Source: Alphaproteobacteria bacterium
GTDB lineage: Bacteria > Pseudomonadota > Alphaproteobacteria > CAISOG01
DNA: 64,000 nucleotides
Direction of reading: 5' to 3'
NCBI GenBank assembly: GCA_044375625.1
Contig: JBILMH010000003.1
Location: forward strand, 1,907 to 65,906
Made by a program: the position numbers and the translations under genes. Each line of letters opens with the position of its first letter. Position 1 is the stretch's first letter. The notes below the pieces were generated by a model. It made no database searches. It was not told where the DNA came from and saw only the letters and a list, made by a program, of their open reading frames with translations. Of the stretch, positions 10,369-19,986 are shown piece after piece.

Positions 10369-11829
10369 ATGAAATTCCGTGAAGCTTTTACCTTTGATGA
10401 TGTCTTGTTGGCGCCAGCCGCCTCCAACGTGTTGCCCTCAGATGTCAGCTTGGCCAGCCGATTCAGCCGCCAATTGCCCCTGGGGATCCCGTTGGTGGCC
10501 GCGGCCATGGATACGGTCAGTGAGGCTCCGATGGCGATTGCCATGGCGCAGCTGGGGGGCATGGCGGTGCTGCACCGTAACCTGAGCGCCAGCGCGCAAG
10601 CGGATGAGGTGCGACGGGTTAAGAAATTTGAATCGGGCATGGTGGTGAATCCGATTACCATTTACCCTGATCAAACCTTGGCCGATGCCAAAATCCTGAT
10701 GCAGCAGCATGGCATTTCGGGGATTCCCGTCATTGCCCGCGACGGACAGATGTTGGTTGGCATTTTGACCCACCGCGACGTGCGCTTTGCCGAAGATCCT
10801 AGTGAGCTGGTGTCGCAGTTGATGACCAAAGAAAGCCTTATCACCGTTGATGAAAAGGTCACGCGGGAGGAGGCCAAAAGGCTGTTGCACCATCATCGCA
10901 TCGAAAAGCTGTTGGTGGTGGATGATCAGCGGCACTGCGTCGGCCTGATTACCGTCAAAGACATTGAAAAGGCGGTCAGCAACCCCCTGGCTTGTAAGGA
11001 TGCAAAGGGGCGGTTGCGGGCAGCTGCGGCTATTGGGACTGGTGAGACAGCCCTGACGCGGGCGACGGCTTTGTTGGCGGCGGAGGTCGATGTGATCGTG
11101 GTCGATACCGCCCATGGCCACTCCAGCCGAGTGATTGAAACAGTGCGGGCGGTGCGCCGCCTGTCTGACCAGGTGCAGCTGATCGCGGGCAATATCGCTA
11201 CAGCCGAAGCCGCCAAGGCCTTAATCGATGCGGGGGTGGATGCGGTGAAGGTGGGGATTGGCCCCGGGTCTATTTGCACCACCCGTATTGTGGCAGGGGT
11301 TGGCGTGCCGCAACTGACCGCCGTGGCCGATTGTGCAGAGGTGGCGCATAAAGCAGGTATTCCCGTGATTGCCGATGGCGGTATCCGCTATTCGGGCGAT
11401 CTGGCCAAAGCCATTGCGGCAGGCGCGGACTGCGTGATGATCGGAAGCTTGCTGGCCGGTACCGATGAATCCCCTGGTGAGCTGTTTTTGTATGAGGGGC
11501 GCAGCTATAAGGCCTATCGCGGCATGGGCAGCCTGGGTGCGATGGCGGAGGGGTCGGCCGACCGTTATTTCCAAAGCAATCAGGAGGCCGCGCACAAATT
11601 GGTGCCCGAAGGGGTGGAGGGGCGCGTGCCCCATAAGGGCAGTGTCGCCGCCGTGGTGCATCAGCTGATGGGGGGATTGCGGGCGGCGATGGGCTATACT
11701 GGCAACCCCGATATCCCTAGCATGCAGAAAAACTGCCAATTCCTGAAGATCACCGCCGCCGGCATGCGCGAAAGCCATGTTCACGACATCATGGTCACCA
11801 AGGAAGCTCCCAATTATCGGGTGGGGTAA
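10369..11829 (+). CDS. guaB: IMP dehydrogenase
   Basis: N-terminal [13 protein letters not shown]-pair region, catalytic [11 protein letters not shown] loop. 486 aa. Confidence 0.9.
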   Translation: MKFREAFTFDDVLLAPAASNVLPSDVSLASRFSRQLPLGIPLVAAAMDTVSEAPMAIAMAQLGGMAVLHRNLSASAQADEVRRVKKFESGMVVNPITIYPDQTLADAKILMQQHGISGIPVIARDGQMLVGILTHRDVRFAEDPSELVSQLMTKESLITVDEKVTREEAKRLLHHHRIEKLLVVDDQRHCVGLITVKDIEKAVSNPLACKDAKGRLRAAAAIGTGETALTRATALLAAEVDVIVVDTAHGHSSRVIETVRAVRRLSDQVQLIAGNIATAEAAKALIDAGVDAVKVGIGPGSICTTRIVAGVGVPQLTAVADCAEVAHKAGIPVIADGGIRYSGDLAKAIAAGADCVMIGSLLAGTDESPGELFLYEGRSYKAYRGMGSLGAMAEGSADRYFQSNQEAAHKLVPEGVEGRVPHKGSVAAVVHQLMGGLRAAMGYTGNPDIPSMQKNCQFLKITAAGMRESHVHDIMVTKEAPNYRVG

Positions 11830-11835
11830 ATAGTC

Positions 11836-12717
11836 CTAAATTTCCAGTTTGATAGAAGCTGGTTTGGTGGTGGATTGGCGGCGGCTTGAGCTTCCTAAGG
11901 TGGGTTCCTGCTGGCCAGATTCTTTATGGCTTTCGGCTGGAGGTTGATCGGTCATCAACTGATACTGCTGGGGCTTGAGTGGCGTTGGTGCAGCAGGGGT
12001 GTTGGCATCGGGAGCGGTGGTTGTGGGCGACGTTGTTAAGGGCGGCACCACTTTGGCTCTATAGCCGCCTGTTTCGTTGGAGGGGGTGTTTTGCGGAGTA
12101 GTCCTTGGCGGTGGGCTGGCAATGCGCTGTGGAGGGGTACTGCCTGAGGACGGCGATGAAGCAGCCGATGTTGGGGAAGCAGCATCATCAAAGCCACGAA
12201 TGCCCCAGGCTATAAGCTTGGTAAGGATAATGAAAGCGAGTGGCATCGCCAAGGCCATAACCGCCAGCTTTATCCATGCGTTTCGGGAAAGACTGGCCGC
12301 CCATTGGTTGGCGGCGGTGCGCACCTGCCCCTCCTCCATCTCGGCAGGATAGGATGCCCGCTGCTCAACCCCCGCTACGGTTACGGTGACGTTATAGCGT
12401 ATACCAGCGGTTAATTCCCCCCGCTCTAGCTTGCTCCGCACCTCATCCCGCACAGCATCGGGCAGGGCGTTTTGGCGATATTGCTCTAACAATTTGCGCA
12501 ATTTCTGCACCTGATCCGTCTCAATGACCACGCGGGGAGCGGTTAGAAGGTCAGGCAGCTGAAGCGTGCCCAGCCCGATCCAAAGTCCCAGGGTGGCCAG
12601 CAGCCAAAAGCGTCGCAAACCGCGCCGCCAGTTTAACGATGGCAAGCTGATCATCATCGCCTGGTTATCCATGATAGCGCCCCTTTTGCCTGTTATGGTG
12701 ATAATCGGTTGCGGCAA
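11836..12717 (-). CDS. Hypothetical membrane protein with Pro/Thr/Ser-rich C-terminal tail
   Basis: ORF with two hydrophobic segments and a low-complexity PT-rich C-terminus. Convergent with guaB. Start uncertain (12717 or 12672). Confidence 0.45.
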   Translation of the reverse strand: MPQPIITITGKRGAIMDNQAMMISLPSLNWRRGLRRFWLLATLGLWIGLGTLQLPDLLTAPRVVIETDQVQKLRKLLEQYRQNALPDAVRDEVRSKLERGELTAGIRYNVTVTVAGVEQRASYPAEMEEGQVRTAANQWAASLSRNAWIKLAVMALAMPLAFIILTKLIAWGIRGFDDAASPTSAASSPSSGSTPPQRIASPPPRTTPQNTPSNETGGYRAKVVPPLTTSPTTTAPDANTPAAPTPLKPQQYQLMTDQPPAESHKESGQQEPTLGSSSRRQSTTKPASIKLEI

Positions 12718-12757
12718 TTGATATCGATAAGCCTCAGATAATCAATCATTACAACGG

Positions 12758-14485
12758 TTAAATATCGGCGTAGCAATGCGTTTCGGCCGCTGCGCCAGGA
12801 TGGGTGACCGCCCCTTGACGAGCAGACCCAACGGTTTGCGCATAACGCCATAACGCCCCAGATTGAAAGTCATGGCCGCGTGGTTGCCAGGCCTGGCGGC
12901 GTGTTTCGATCTCCGCCTCACTCAACTCCACCTCCAATTTGCCAGCCGCCGCGTCGATATTGATGATGTCACCATCCTGCAACAGGGCGATTACCCCGCC
13001 CACCGCTGCCTCTGGCCCAACATGGCCGATGCAAAAGCCACGGGTAGCGCCCGAAAAGCGGCCATCGGTGATCAAGGCCACTTGGTCGCCCATGCCTTGG
13101 CCATAAATCGCGGCGGTGGTAGCCAACATTTCCCGCATGCCAGGCCCCCCGCGTGGCCCCTCATAGCGAATCACCAGCACCTCTCCCGCTTTGTAGTTGC
13201 GCGCCTCAACCGCCGCAAAGGCATCCTCCTCCCGATCAAAGCAGCGGGCAGGCCCACGAAATTGCAGGGTTTTCATGCCTGCCACCTTCACAATCGCGCC
13301 ATCGGGTGCCAGATTGCCGCTCAGGCCGACCACCCCGCCAGTAGGGCTTAGTGGGTTGCTGGTGGGGCGCAGCACATCTTGATCGGTCGACACGGTAACA
13401 TTGGCCAAATTCTCTGCCAAGGTTTTGCCCGTTACGGTCAGGCAGTCGCCATGCAGATAGCCGCCGTCTAGCAGCAGTTTCAGCAGAGCCGGCACGCCGC
13501 CAACCCGATGCAGATCGCTCATGACATAGCGCCCCGCAGGCTTTAGATCGGCAATATAGGGGGTGCGCTTAAAAATTTCCGCCACATCAAACATGTCAAA
13601 GGCGATGCCAGCCTCATGTGCTAAAGCAGGCAAATGCAGGGCGGCATTGGTTGAACCACCGCTGGCCGCCACCACCGTTGCCGCATTTTCCAACGCCTTA
13701 CGGGTTACGATATCGCGTGGCCGAATGTTGCGTGCCAGCAATTCCATCACCTGTTGCCCCGCATAGACCGCAAAGGCATCACGGCTGTCCAGTGGGGTGG
13801 GGGGGCTGGCCGAGCCGCTGATCGCTAGGCCTAAGGCTTCGGAAACGCATGCCATGGTGTTGGCGGTGAACTGCCCGCCACAACTGCCGGCGGAGGGGCA
13901 GGCGACCTGCTCCAACTCCTTCAAATCCTTATCGCTCATCTTGCCCGCCGCATGTTCGCCGACCGCCTCAAACACATCCTGCACCGTGACATCCCGCCCA
14001 CGAAAGCTGCCCGGCAGGATGGATCCGCCGTACAGGAAAACGCTGGGCACATTCAGTCGCAACATCACCATCATCAGGCCTGGCAGCGATTTGTCGCAGC
14101 CCGCAATCCCCACCAGCGCGTCATAGCAATGGCCACGCATGGTCAGCTCGACCGAATCGGCAATCACCTCCCGCGAGACCAGTGACGATTTCATCCCCGC
14201 ATGCCCCATCGCGATGCCGTCGGTAACGGTGATGGTGGTAAACTCCCGCGGTGTTCCCTGTGCGGCGCTGACCCCCCGCTTCACCGCCTCAGCCTGCCGC
14301 CGCAGGGCGATGTTGCAGGGCGCAGCCTCATTCCAAGTTGTCACCACGCCAACAAAGGGCTGGCCAATCTCCTCAACCGTTAAGCCCATCGCGTGGTAAT
14401 AGGAACGGTGCGGCGCGCGGGCAGCCCCCTCCTTCACATGGCGGGAGGGGAGTTTGGCAATAACGGGGGATGGGGCGTTTGACAT
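12758..14485 (-). CDS. ilvD: Dihydroxy-acid dehydratase
   Basis: IlvD/EDD family motifs (CDKSLPG, GGPIA-like regions). 575 aa. Confidence 0.9.
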   Translation of the reverse strand: MSNAPSPVIAKLPSRHVKEGAARAPHRSYYHAMGLTVEEIGQPFVGVVTTWNEAAPCNIALRRQAEAVKRGVSAAQGTPREFTTITVTDGIAMGHAGMKSSLVSREVIADSVELTMRGHCYDALVGIAGCDKSLPGLMMVMLRLNVPSVFLYGGSILPGSFRGRDVTVQDVFEAVGEHAAGKMSDKDLKELEQVACPSAGSCGGQFTANTMACVSEALGLAISGSASPPTPLDSRDAFAVYAGQQVMELLARNIRPRDIVTRKALENAATVVAASGGSTNAALHLPALAHEAGIAFDMFDVAEIFKRTPYIADLKPAGRYVMSDLHRVGGVPALLKLLLDGGYLHGDCLTVTGKTLAENLANVTVSTDQDVLRPTSNPLSPTGGVVGLSGNLAPDGAIVKVAGMKTLQFRGPARCFDREEDAFAAVEARNYKAGEVLVIRYEGPRGGPGMREMLATTAAIYGQGMGDQVALITDGRFSGATRGFCIGHVGPEAAVGGVIALLQDGDIINIDAAAGKLEVELSEAEIETRRQAWQPRGHDFQSGALWRYAQTVGSARQGAVTHPGAAAETHCYADI

Positions 14486-14607
14486 AGGGAAATGGCCTGA
14501 TTGGGAAAGGGAAAAACGCTGTGCGCGATTGAATCACCACTTTAGCAAAATTTGCGGCGGATTAAAGATGTTAAGCGCAATTGGGATAAGTTATCGATGG
14601 AAAAGAA

Positions 14608-15345
14608 TTAACCGATGGCGCTTTCAATCGCCAAAAACTGTTGCAGACGTTGGCTTTGCGGGTTGGTCAGGATCGATACATCGCCGCGTTCGACGATACT
14701 ACCCTTTGCCATAAAAACCACCTGATCCGCTGTTTGGCGGGCAAAGCCCAACAGGTGGGTGATAATAAACAGCCCCATGCCCCGTTGCCTTAACTGCGCC
14801 AAATAGTCCAGCACGCGGGTAATCTGCTCCACATCCAGGGCTGAGGTCACTTCGTCCAACAACAGATAGCGGGGATTCAGAATAATCGCCCGCGCCAGGG
14901 CGGCACGCTGCCGCTGCCCCAGGGAGGCTTGGTTGGGATAGCGATCAATAAAATTGCCCATGTCAAAGGCTTCGATCAGCTCTTCTAGGGCGGTTGCCAC
15001 CGTGGCTGGATCCTGCAGCCGCATGGGTAGCAGGATGTTTTGGCGCAGGGTCAGATGCGGCCACAGAAAAAGCTGTTGAAACACCGCCGTCAGCTTTGGC
15101 CAGGGTGGCGCAGGCGCAGACGTGGGCAGGTTGGTGGCGGTGGGATAGCGAAACAGCTGCTCATCCACCTGAATCTCCCCCGCTTGCGGGGTGGCCAACA
15201 TCGCCAGGCAGCGCAGCAGGGTGGTTTTGCCCGTGCCGCTGGGGCCAATCAGCACCGTGATGCTGCCCGGCTTAATATCCAGCGATACATCGGTCAGCAC
15301 GGGTCGCCCCCCGTAGTCGAACGACAGATGACGGGCACTTAACAT
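14608..15345 (-). CDS. ABC transporter ATP-binding protein (polar amino-acid type)
   Basis: Walker A GPSGTGKTT, ABC signature LSLGQRQR, Walker B LLLDEVTSALD. Confidence 0.85.
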   Translation of the reverse strand: MLSARHLSFDYGGRPVLTDVSLDIKPGSITVLIGPSGTGKTTLLRCLAMLATPQAGEIQVDEQLFRYPTATNLPTSAPAPPWPKLTAVFQQLFLWPHLTLRQNILLPMRLQDPATVATALEELIEAFDMGNFIDRYPNQASLGQRQRAALARAIILNPRYLLLDEVTSALDVEQITRVLDYLAQLRQRGMGLFIITHLLGFARQTADQVVFMAKGSIVERGDVSILTNPQSQRLQQFLAIESAIG

Positions 15346-15347
15346 CG

Positions 15348-16013
15348 CTATCTCTCAGACATATCGCGGGTGTAGGTGTTTTTGAGATGCACCGCCAACA
15401 GGTTAATCGGCAGACAAACCAGCAGGAAGAAACAGGCCAAGGCGGTGTAAATCTCCACCGGGCGATAGATGCTGCTGTTGATGCGCTGGGCGACCCGAAA
15501 AATCTCCTCCACCGAAATCAGGCTGGCAAACAGGGTGGCGTGCAGCATCACCACCTGCTGCGTCATCAGGCCAGGCAGCAGTTGGCGGAACAGCAGCGGT
15601 AGTTGGATGTAGCGGAGAATGTCGTGCGTGTTCAGGCCGCAAACCCGCCCCGCCATCAGATATTGCTTCGGAAAGTCCAAAATCGCCTGCCGTACCATTT
15701 CCCCCACCGCAAAAATGTTGACCAGGGAAAAGGCAAAGGCCGCTGTGTAAAAGGGGTTGATGACCACCCCCAACAACGCCTGCGCCGGGTAATGCAGCCA
15801 AAACAGGATCACTAGGGTGGGAACCGCCGAAAAAGAAAAGGCGACATAGTGGGTCAGCCGCCCCCAGGTCGCGGTGCGGTATGCCCCCAAAGCCCCCAGC
15901 CCGATTCCCCCAACCAACCCGCTTAGCCAGATAACCAGGCACAGTTGCAAAGATACCAACAATCCTTGGAAAAATGCAGGATAGTAAGTCAGCAGAATGT
16001 CAAGAACGGTCAT
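15348..16013 (-). CDS. ABC transporter permease (amino-acid, His/Gln-permease-like)
   Basis: About 221-aa multi-TM protein. Start taken at internal ATG 16013 (MTVLDILL), because the ORF-track N-terminal extension is hydrophilic and unlike a permease. ATGA-type 3-bp junction with the ATPase gene. Confidence 0.75.
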   Translation of the reverse strand: MTVLDILLTYYPAFFQGLLVSLQLCLVIWLSGLVGGIGLGALGAYRTATWGRLTHYVAFSFSAVPTLVILFWLHYPAQALLGVVINPFYTAAFAFSLVNIFAVGEMVRQAILDFPKQYLMAGRVCGLNTHDILRYIQLPLLFRQLLPGLMTQQVVMLHATLFASLISVEEIFRVAQRINSSIYRPVEIYTALACFFLLVCLPINLLAVHLKNTYTRDMSER

Positions 16014-16100
16014 TGCGATGGATTGTTCCGCAATAGGTAGTTTGCTAAGCTCAAAGCCTAAAAGAGTTTTGTAAATCTTGCAACGATGGAGGGGTTTTTG

Positions 16101-16994
16101 ATGCGTGGTAAGTTGATGTTTATGGCGGCTGGATTGGTGGTGTTGGCGTGGGTTGCCGCCCCCAGGATTTTGGGACAATTGCATCCCGACCAAAAGGCGG
16201 CGACGGAAACGGCTTTTGACCGAGTGATCCGCACTGGCGTGCTGCGTTGTGGGTACTATGTGTTTGCGCCCGTCACGGTGCGCGATCCCAACACGGGCAC
16301 CCTTTCGGGGCTGGCCATCGATTTGGTGAACCAACTGGGGCAAAACGCTGGCCTGAAAGTTGAGTGGGCTGAGGAGGTGGATTTTGGCACCTGGCCAGCG
16401 GGTCTAAGTGCTGGTCGTTTTGATGCCGTCTGCACCCCTGTTTGGCCAGATGCCGCCCTGGCACGGCAGGTTATCTTTACCCGTCCAGCTTTTTACGCGG
16501 GCATAAACGCCTATGCCAGAGCGGATGATCACCGTTTTGACAACAACCTGGCCGCGATCAACGATCCAGAGGTCACCATCGCCACCATTGAGGGGAACGC
16601 CACCAACTTTATCGCCGCCAGCCAGTTCCCAAAAGCTAAGCTGTTAAGCCTGCCACAAACTGCCCCATCGGGAACCATGGCCGAAAGCGTGGTCACCAAA
16701 AAGGCGGACGTGTTTTTCTGGGATGTCAACGGCGTGCAAACCTTTTTAGCCAGCAACCCTGGTAGTGTTCGTGGGGTTGATCCCGCCAATCCTGTTAAAG
16801 TCATGCCCTTTGAGATTGCGGTTAAGCTGGGGGAATCCGCTTTGCGCGATTTGTTGGATGTTGGGTTGCAGGGGTTGGAGGATGTTGGGTACACCAACAA
16901 GCTGTTGACCAAATGGGAGAATTATCCAGGCAGCTTCTACCCCCTCCACAAGCCCTATGTGGTGCCCACCGATATCCCCAACCGTTCCAATTAG
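16101..16994 (+). CDS. Periplasmic substrate-binding protein (amino-acid ABC, SBP_bac_3-like)
   Basis: Signal peptide MRGKLMFMAAGLVVLAWVAA followed by a PBP type-3 fold. Divergent from the permease/ATPase genes. Confidence 0.75.
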   Translation: MRGKLMFMAAGLVVLAWVAAPRILGQLHPDQKAATETAFDRVIRTGVLRCGYYVFAPVTVRDPNTGTLSGLAIDLVNQLGQNAGLKVEWAEEVDFGTWPAGLSAGRFDAVCTPVWPDAALARQVIFTRPAFYAGINAYARADDHRFDNNLAAINDPEVTIATIEGNATNFIAASQFPKAKLLSLPQTAPSGTMAESVVTKKADVFFWDVNGVQTFLASNPGSVRGVDPANPVKVMPFEIAVKLGESALRDLLDVGLQGLEDVGYTNKLLTKWENYPGSFYPLHKPYVVPTDIPNRSN

Positions 16995-17231
16995 CGCAGA
17001 AATCTTTCGACCATGCCCCTAATCGTTCAGCAACAGGGGTCGCACCCCTCCCTAATCGCGGTGGATATGCATGGTAAGCCGAATGAGGATCGGTTGGTTG
17101 CGTCTTCACCAACTTTTGCGGTGATCGATGGGGCAACCGCCTTGGTGCTGAAGTGGCTTTAACCTTTTAACCGTATTGCCCCGATCAAGAATCTGATTGG
17201 GAATTTGCAACAATCGTGATAGAATGGCTTT

Positions 17232-18062
17232 ATGACTGCCAGCCTGCAACGCACATCCTGGAAAATTGCACCCACCATGGTGACCGCCAACAGCAACAAC
17301 AACAAGCCATCCCCGCCCACAGTGCCCAAGCGTGACAAACGCAGCAACAGCATGTTGCGCCCGATTACCATGGAATTGGCGGCCAACCGCTATGCTGAGG
17401 GATCGTGCCTGATTGGTTTTGGCGATACCCAGGTGCTGTGCACGGCCACGTTGGAGGAGGGGGTGCCATCGTTCCTTAGGGGTAAGGGGCAGGGTTGGAT
17501 TACCGCCGAATATGGCATGTTGCCCCGCGCCACCCATCAGCGCAATGACCGTGAGGCGATTAAGGGTAAGCAGACTGGTCGCACCCAAGAGATTCAGCGG
17601 CTAATTGGCCGCAGCCTGCGCGCCGTTACCGACCTGAAGAAACTGGGTGAACGGCAAATCCGCATTGATTGTGATGTGTTGCAGGCGGATGGTGGCACCC
17701 GAACCGCCGCCATTACCGGTGCCTATATCGCCCTGGATATGGCCTGCCGCCAATTGCTTCACCGTAAAATGATCGAACAATGGCCACTTTTGGGCAGTGT
17801 TGCGGCAATATCGGTCGGGTTGGTGAATGGTGAGCTGCTTTTGGATTTGGACTATGCCGAGGATAGCAACGCCGCCGTTGACGGCAATTTTGTTAAGACC
17901 GCCGCCAATCAATGGATAGAAACCCAAGTTACCGCCGAAAATGGCGCTTTTTCTCAAGATCAGCTGGTCGCTATGCTTGACCTAGCCAGCCATGGAATCA
18001 ACAGCCTGCGGGAGTTGCAGCAGCAAGCCATTGTTGAATTTTTTGATTCCGATGATGGTTAG
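17232..18062 (+). CDS. rph: Ribonuclease PH
   Basis: Aligns with the RNase PH core ([11 protein letters not shown]...[13 protein letters not shown]...[15 protein letters not shown]...[19 protein letters not shown]). The true start is probably downstream of 17232 (17277 or 17352). Confidence 0.85.
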   Translation: MTASLQRTSWKIAPTMVTANSNNNKPSPPTVPKRDKRSNSMLRPITMELAANRYAEGSCLIGFGDTQVLCTATLEEGVPSFLRGKGQGWITAEYGMLPRATHQRNDREAIKGKQTGRTQEIQRLIGRSLRAVTDLKKLGERQIRIDCDVLQADGGTRTAAITGAYIALDMACRQLLHRKMIEQWPLLGSVAAISVGLVNGELLLDLDYAEDSNAAVDGNFVKTAANQWIETQVTAENGAFSQDQLVAMLDLASHGINSLRELQQQAIVEFFDSDDG

Positions 18063-18112
18063 CCAGTGTTGATTCCACAGTCAGTGGTTGGCCTGGGAGA
18101 GGCATACACCCA

Positions 18113-19606
18113 ATGGTAAAAAAGTGGTGGGGATACCTAACAGCAGTATCGATGCTTAGCCTTGGGCTGGCCTTGTTTGTCCCACAGGTGGCCTTGGCTG
18201 TGGAGCAGGCGCCCGCACCATCCCCCCCGCAACAGCTATCCAGTCCATCAGCCTCCAATGATATGTTTATGAACTACAGCTGGAACGTGGTGGCGGATCA
18301 AGGCCAGCTAGTGGTGGCGGTCAATTATCAGGGCAAAATTGCCCAGCTGGCGCCGCAATGTGCCAAAAAGGAACCCCGCTATCCTTATCAATTTGGTGGA
18401 ATGATGCGCCTGAAGGATGGTTGGTTAGCCGCCAGCCTGCGCAGCATGGATGCCGCCTATTCCTCACCAAAATCCCCGAATCTGTTGCAAGATCCGCCCG
18501 CCCGATCAGCCAATCCACGTGGCCAGTTTGATCGGTTGCTGTTGTGGAAATTCGACCAAACTTGGCAATTGGCGGCCGTTTTGACCCCACCGAATGCCAG
18601 CCTAGGCAAAAACAAGAAAGCGATTACAAGCTTTGCCGACAGTATAGCGCTGACCGATGCGGCGACAGGCCGTATGGTGGTGGGGGTGGTCAACGCCGCC
18701 GCACCGCAGAACGAACCCTTTGCCCTGGTCTATGAACGGCGTGATGGCAACAATTGGGTGCCGACCGCCACTTTACCGAATGAGGAAAGCGGGTGGCAAC
18801 AGGTGTCAGGGCTTTGTTTGGCGGCCAACAAAGATTTTGTGCTGCTGGGGCATCCAACCGGCGGCGTCAGTATTTTTGAAAAGCTAAAGGGTGTGGATGC
18901 AACGGGCGCAGAATGGCGACGGCGGGGGCTGTTTGGTTTTGGTTGTGAGCAAGCCGCCTTTGCAGGCAATCAGGCCATCAGCCTTAGCAATGGGCGCCTG
19001 CATCAGCTGCAACATTCTATGCCCGCCTGGTTGGAAAGCAAAAAATCCCTAATTTACCGCGATCAGGCCAGTTTGACCCCTTATGAGGAGCAGTTGGCAC
19101 TTGGGGACAATCTGTTAATCGCCAGCGATAACCTGCGCCAAAACATCCATTTGTACGTGCGTGATGCGCAAAATCCGGGTGCCTGGTTGCAGCAAACCAC
19201 CCTAAGCCGCCATGTCAATAATGCGGATGGCAATAGGGATGTGCGCGCCTTTGGACGGCGCCTGACCTTAACAGATCGTCAGTTGTTGGTTGTGGAGCGG
19301 TTATCCGCTAAGCCCGTTTCCTCCCAGCCAAATAAAGACGATGATCTGGCTGTTAACAGCACGAACAGCGCCTCATTGATCGACCCCTTTGTTGATCAGC
19401 TGCAGGTTTTCGAGCGCAACACGGTTGATGGTCTTTGGAATTTTAAGGCCGTGCTAAACGCAAAGTCGCTGGCACAAAGTCAAAGACTGGCGGTGATGAC
19501 CCTGAACCCCCAAAGCTGCCAGCCGGAAATACCACGCGACCCCACCGCCCAAATAGCTGGCGACCGCCCCGTGCTGAGTGTACTGTATGTGCTGCCCACC
19601 CCATAA
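18113..19606 (+). CDS. Secreted hypothetical protein (signal peptide), 497 aa
   Basis: N-terminal signal peptide (LTAVSMLSLGLALFVPQVALA). No family recognised. Confidence 0.5.
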   Translation: MVKKWWGYLTAVSMLSLGLALFVPQVALAVEQAPAPSPPQQLSSPSASNDMFMNYSWNVVADQGQLVVAVNYQGKIAQLAPQCAKKEPRYPYQFGGMMRLKDGWLAASLRSMDAAYSSPKSPNLLQDPPARSANPRGQFDRLLLWKFDQTWQLAAVLTPPNASLGKNKKAITSFADSIALTDAATGRMVVGVVNAAAPQNEPFALVYERRDGNNWVPTATLPNEESGWQQVSGLCLAANKDFVLLGHPTGGVSIFEKLKGVDATGAEWRRRGLFGFGCEQAAFAGNQAISLSNGRLHQLQHSMPAWLESKKSLIYRDQASLTPYEEQLALGDNLLIASDNLRQNIHLYVRDAQNPGAWLQQTTLSRHVNNADGNRDVRAFGRRLTLTDRQLLVVERLSAKPVSSQPNKDDDLAVNSTNSASLIDPFVDQLQVFERNTVDGLWNFKAVLNAKSLAQSQRLAVMTLNPQSCQPEIPRDPTAQIAGDRPVLSVLYVLPTP

Positions 19607-19621
19607 TCCCGATGACACAGA

Positions 19622-19918
19622 ATGACATTATTGCCCCGCCCCGTTATGCCCCTTTTGTTGGTTTTGTTGGTTTTGTTGGTTTTGTTGGTTTTGGCCACCG
19701 CGGGCTGTCAAGCCAATAAGAGTTTGCGGGATAATCGTTGTCGCGATCAGGTGAAGGGGAAGGATGGGGTTGGCTGTTCCTGTGTTTACTATCGGGATGA
19801 ACAAGCCATCTATCAGCCCGTTCCAAATGCGCAAATTCGCTATTGCCTCAATCAGCCCGATTTTGATGCTTGTCTGTGTGGGGGCACCCCCCGCCCCTTC
19901 CATCAACAGATTCACTAA
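19622..19918 (+). CDS. Small Cys-rich secreted/lipoprotein-like protein whose signal peptide is encoded by a 9-bp tandem repeat
   Basis: MTLLPRPVMPLLLVLLVLLVLLVLATAGC followed by a Cys-rich mature part (8 Cys). The lipobox-like LATAGC has the cysteine at +1 as required for lipoproteins. Confidence 0.4.
   Translation: MTLLPRPVMPLLLVLLVLLVLLVLATAGCQANKSLRDNRCRDQVKGKDGVGCSCVYYRDEQAIYQPVPNAQIRYCLNQPDFDACLCGGTPRPFHQQIH
19654..19696 (+). repeat. In-frame 9-bp tandem repeat (TTGTTGGTT)n, about 4.5 units, encoding (LLV)n in a signal-peptide core
   Basis: Direct reading: ttgttggttttgttggttttgttggttttgttggttttgg. Confidence 0.8.
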
Positions 19919-19986
19919 GAAATTCTGTGCGGGTTTCGTAAACCGTGCTAACATCCGCATAATTTAACCTTACGCCCAAAAGGTCG

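Noticed and set aside
15403-15942. 179-aa minus-strand ORF inside the permease gene region
   Set aside because: A different frame of the same strand, overlapping the ABC permease. Gly/Pro/Ala-rich with no membrane character. Spurious.
19480-19960. Minus-strand ORFs with TNKTNKTNK / QQNQQNQQNQQ
   Set aside because: Alternative frames of the 9-bp tandem repeat. The plus-strand (LLV)n signal-peptide reading is the coherent one.
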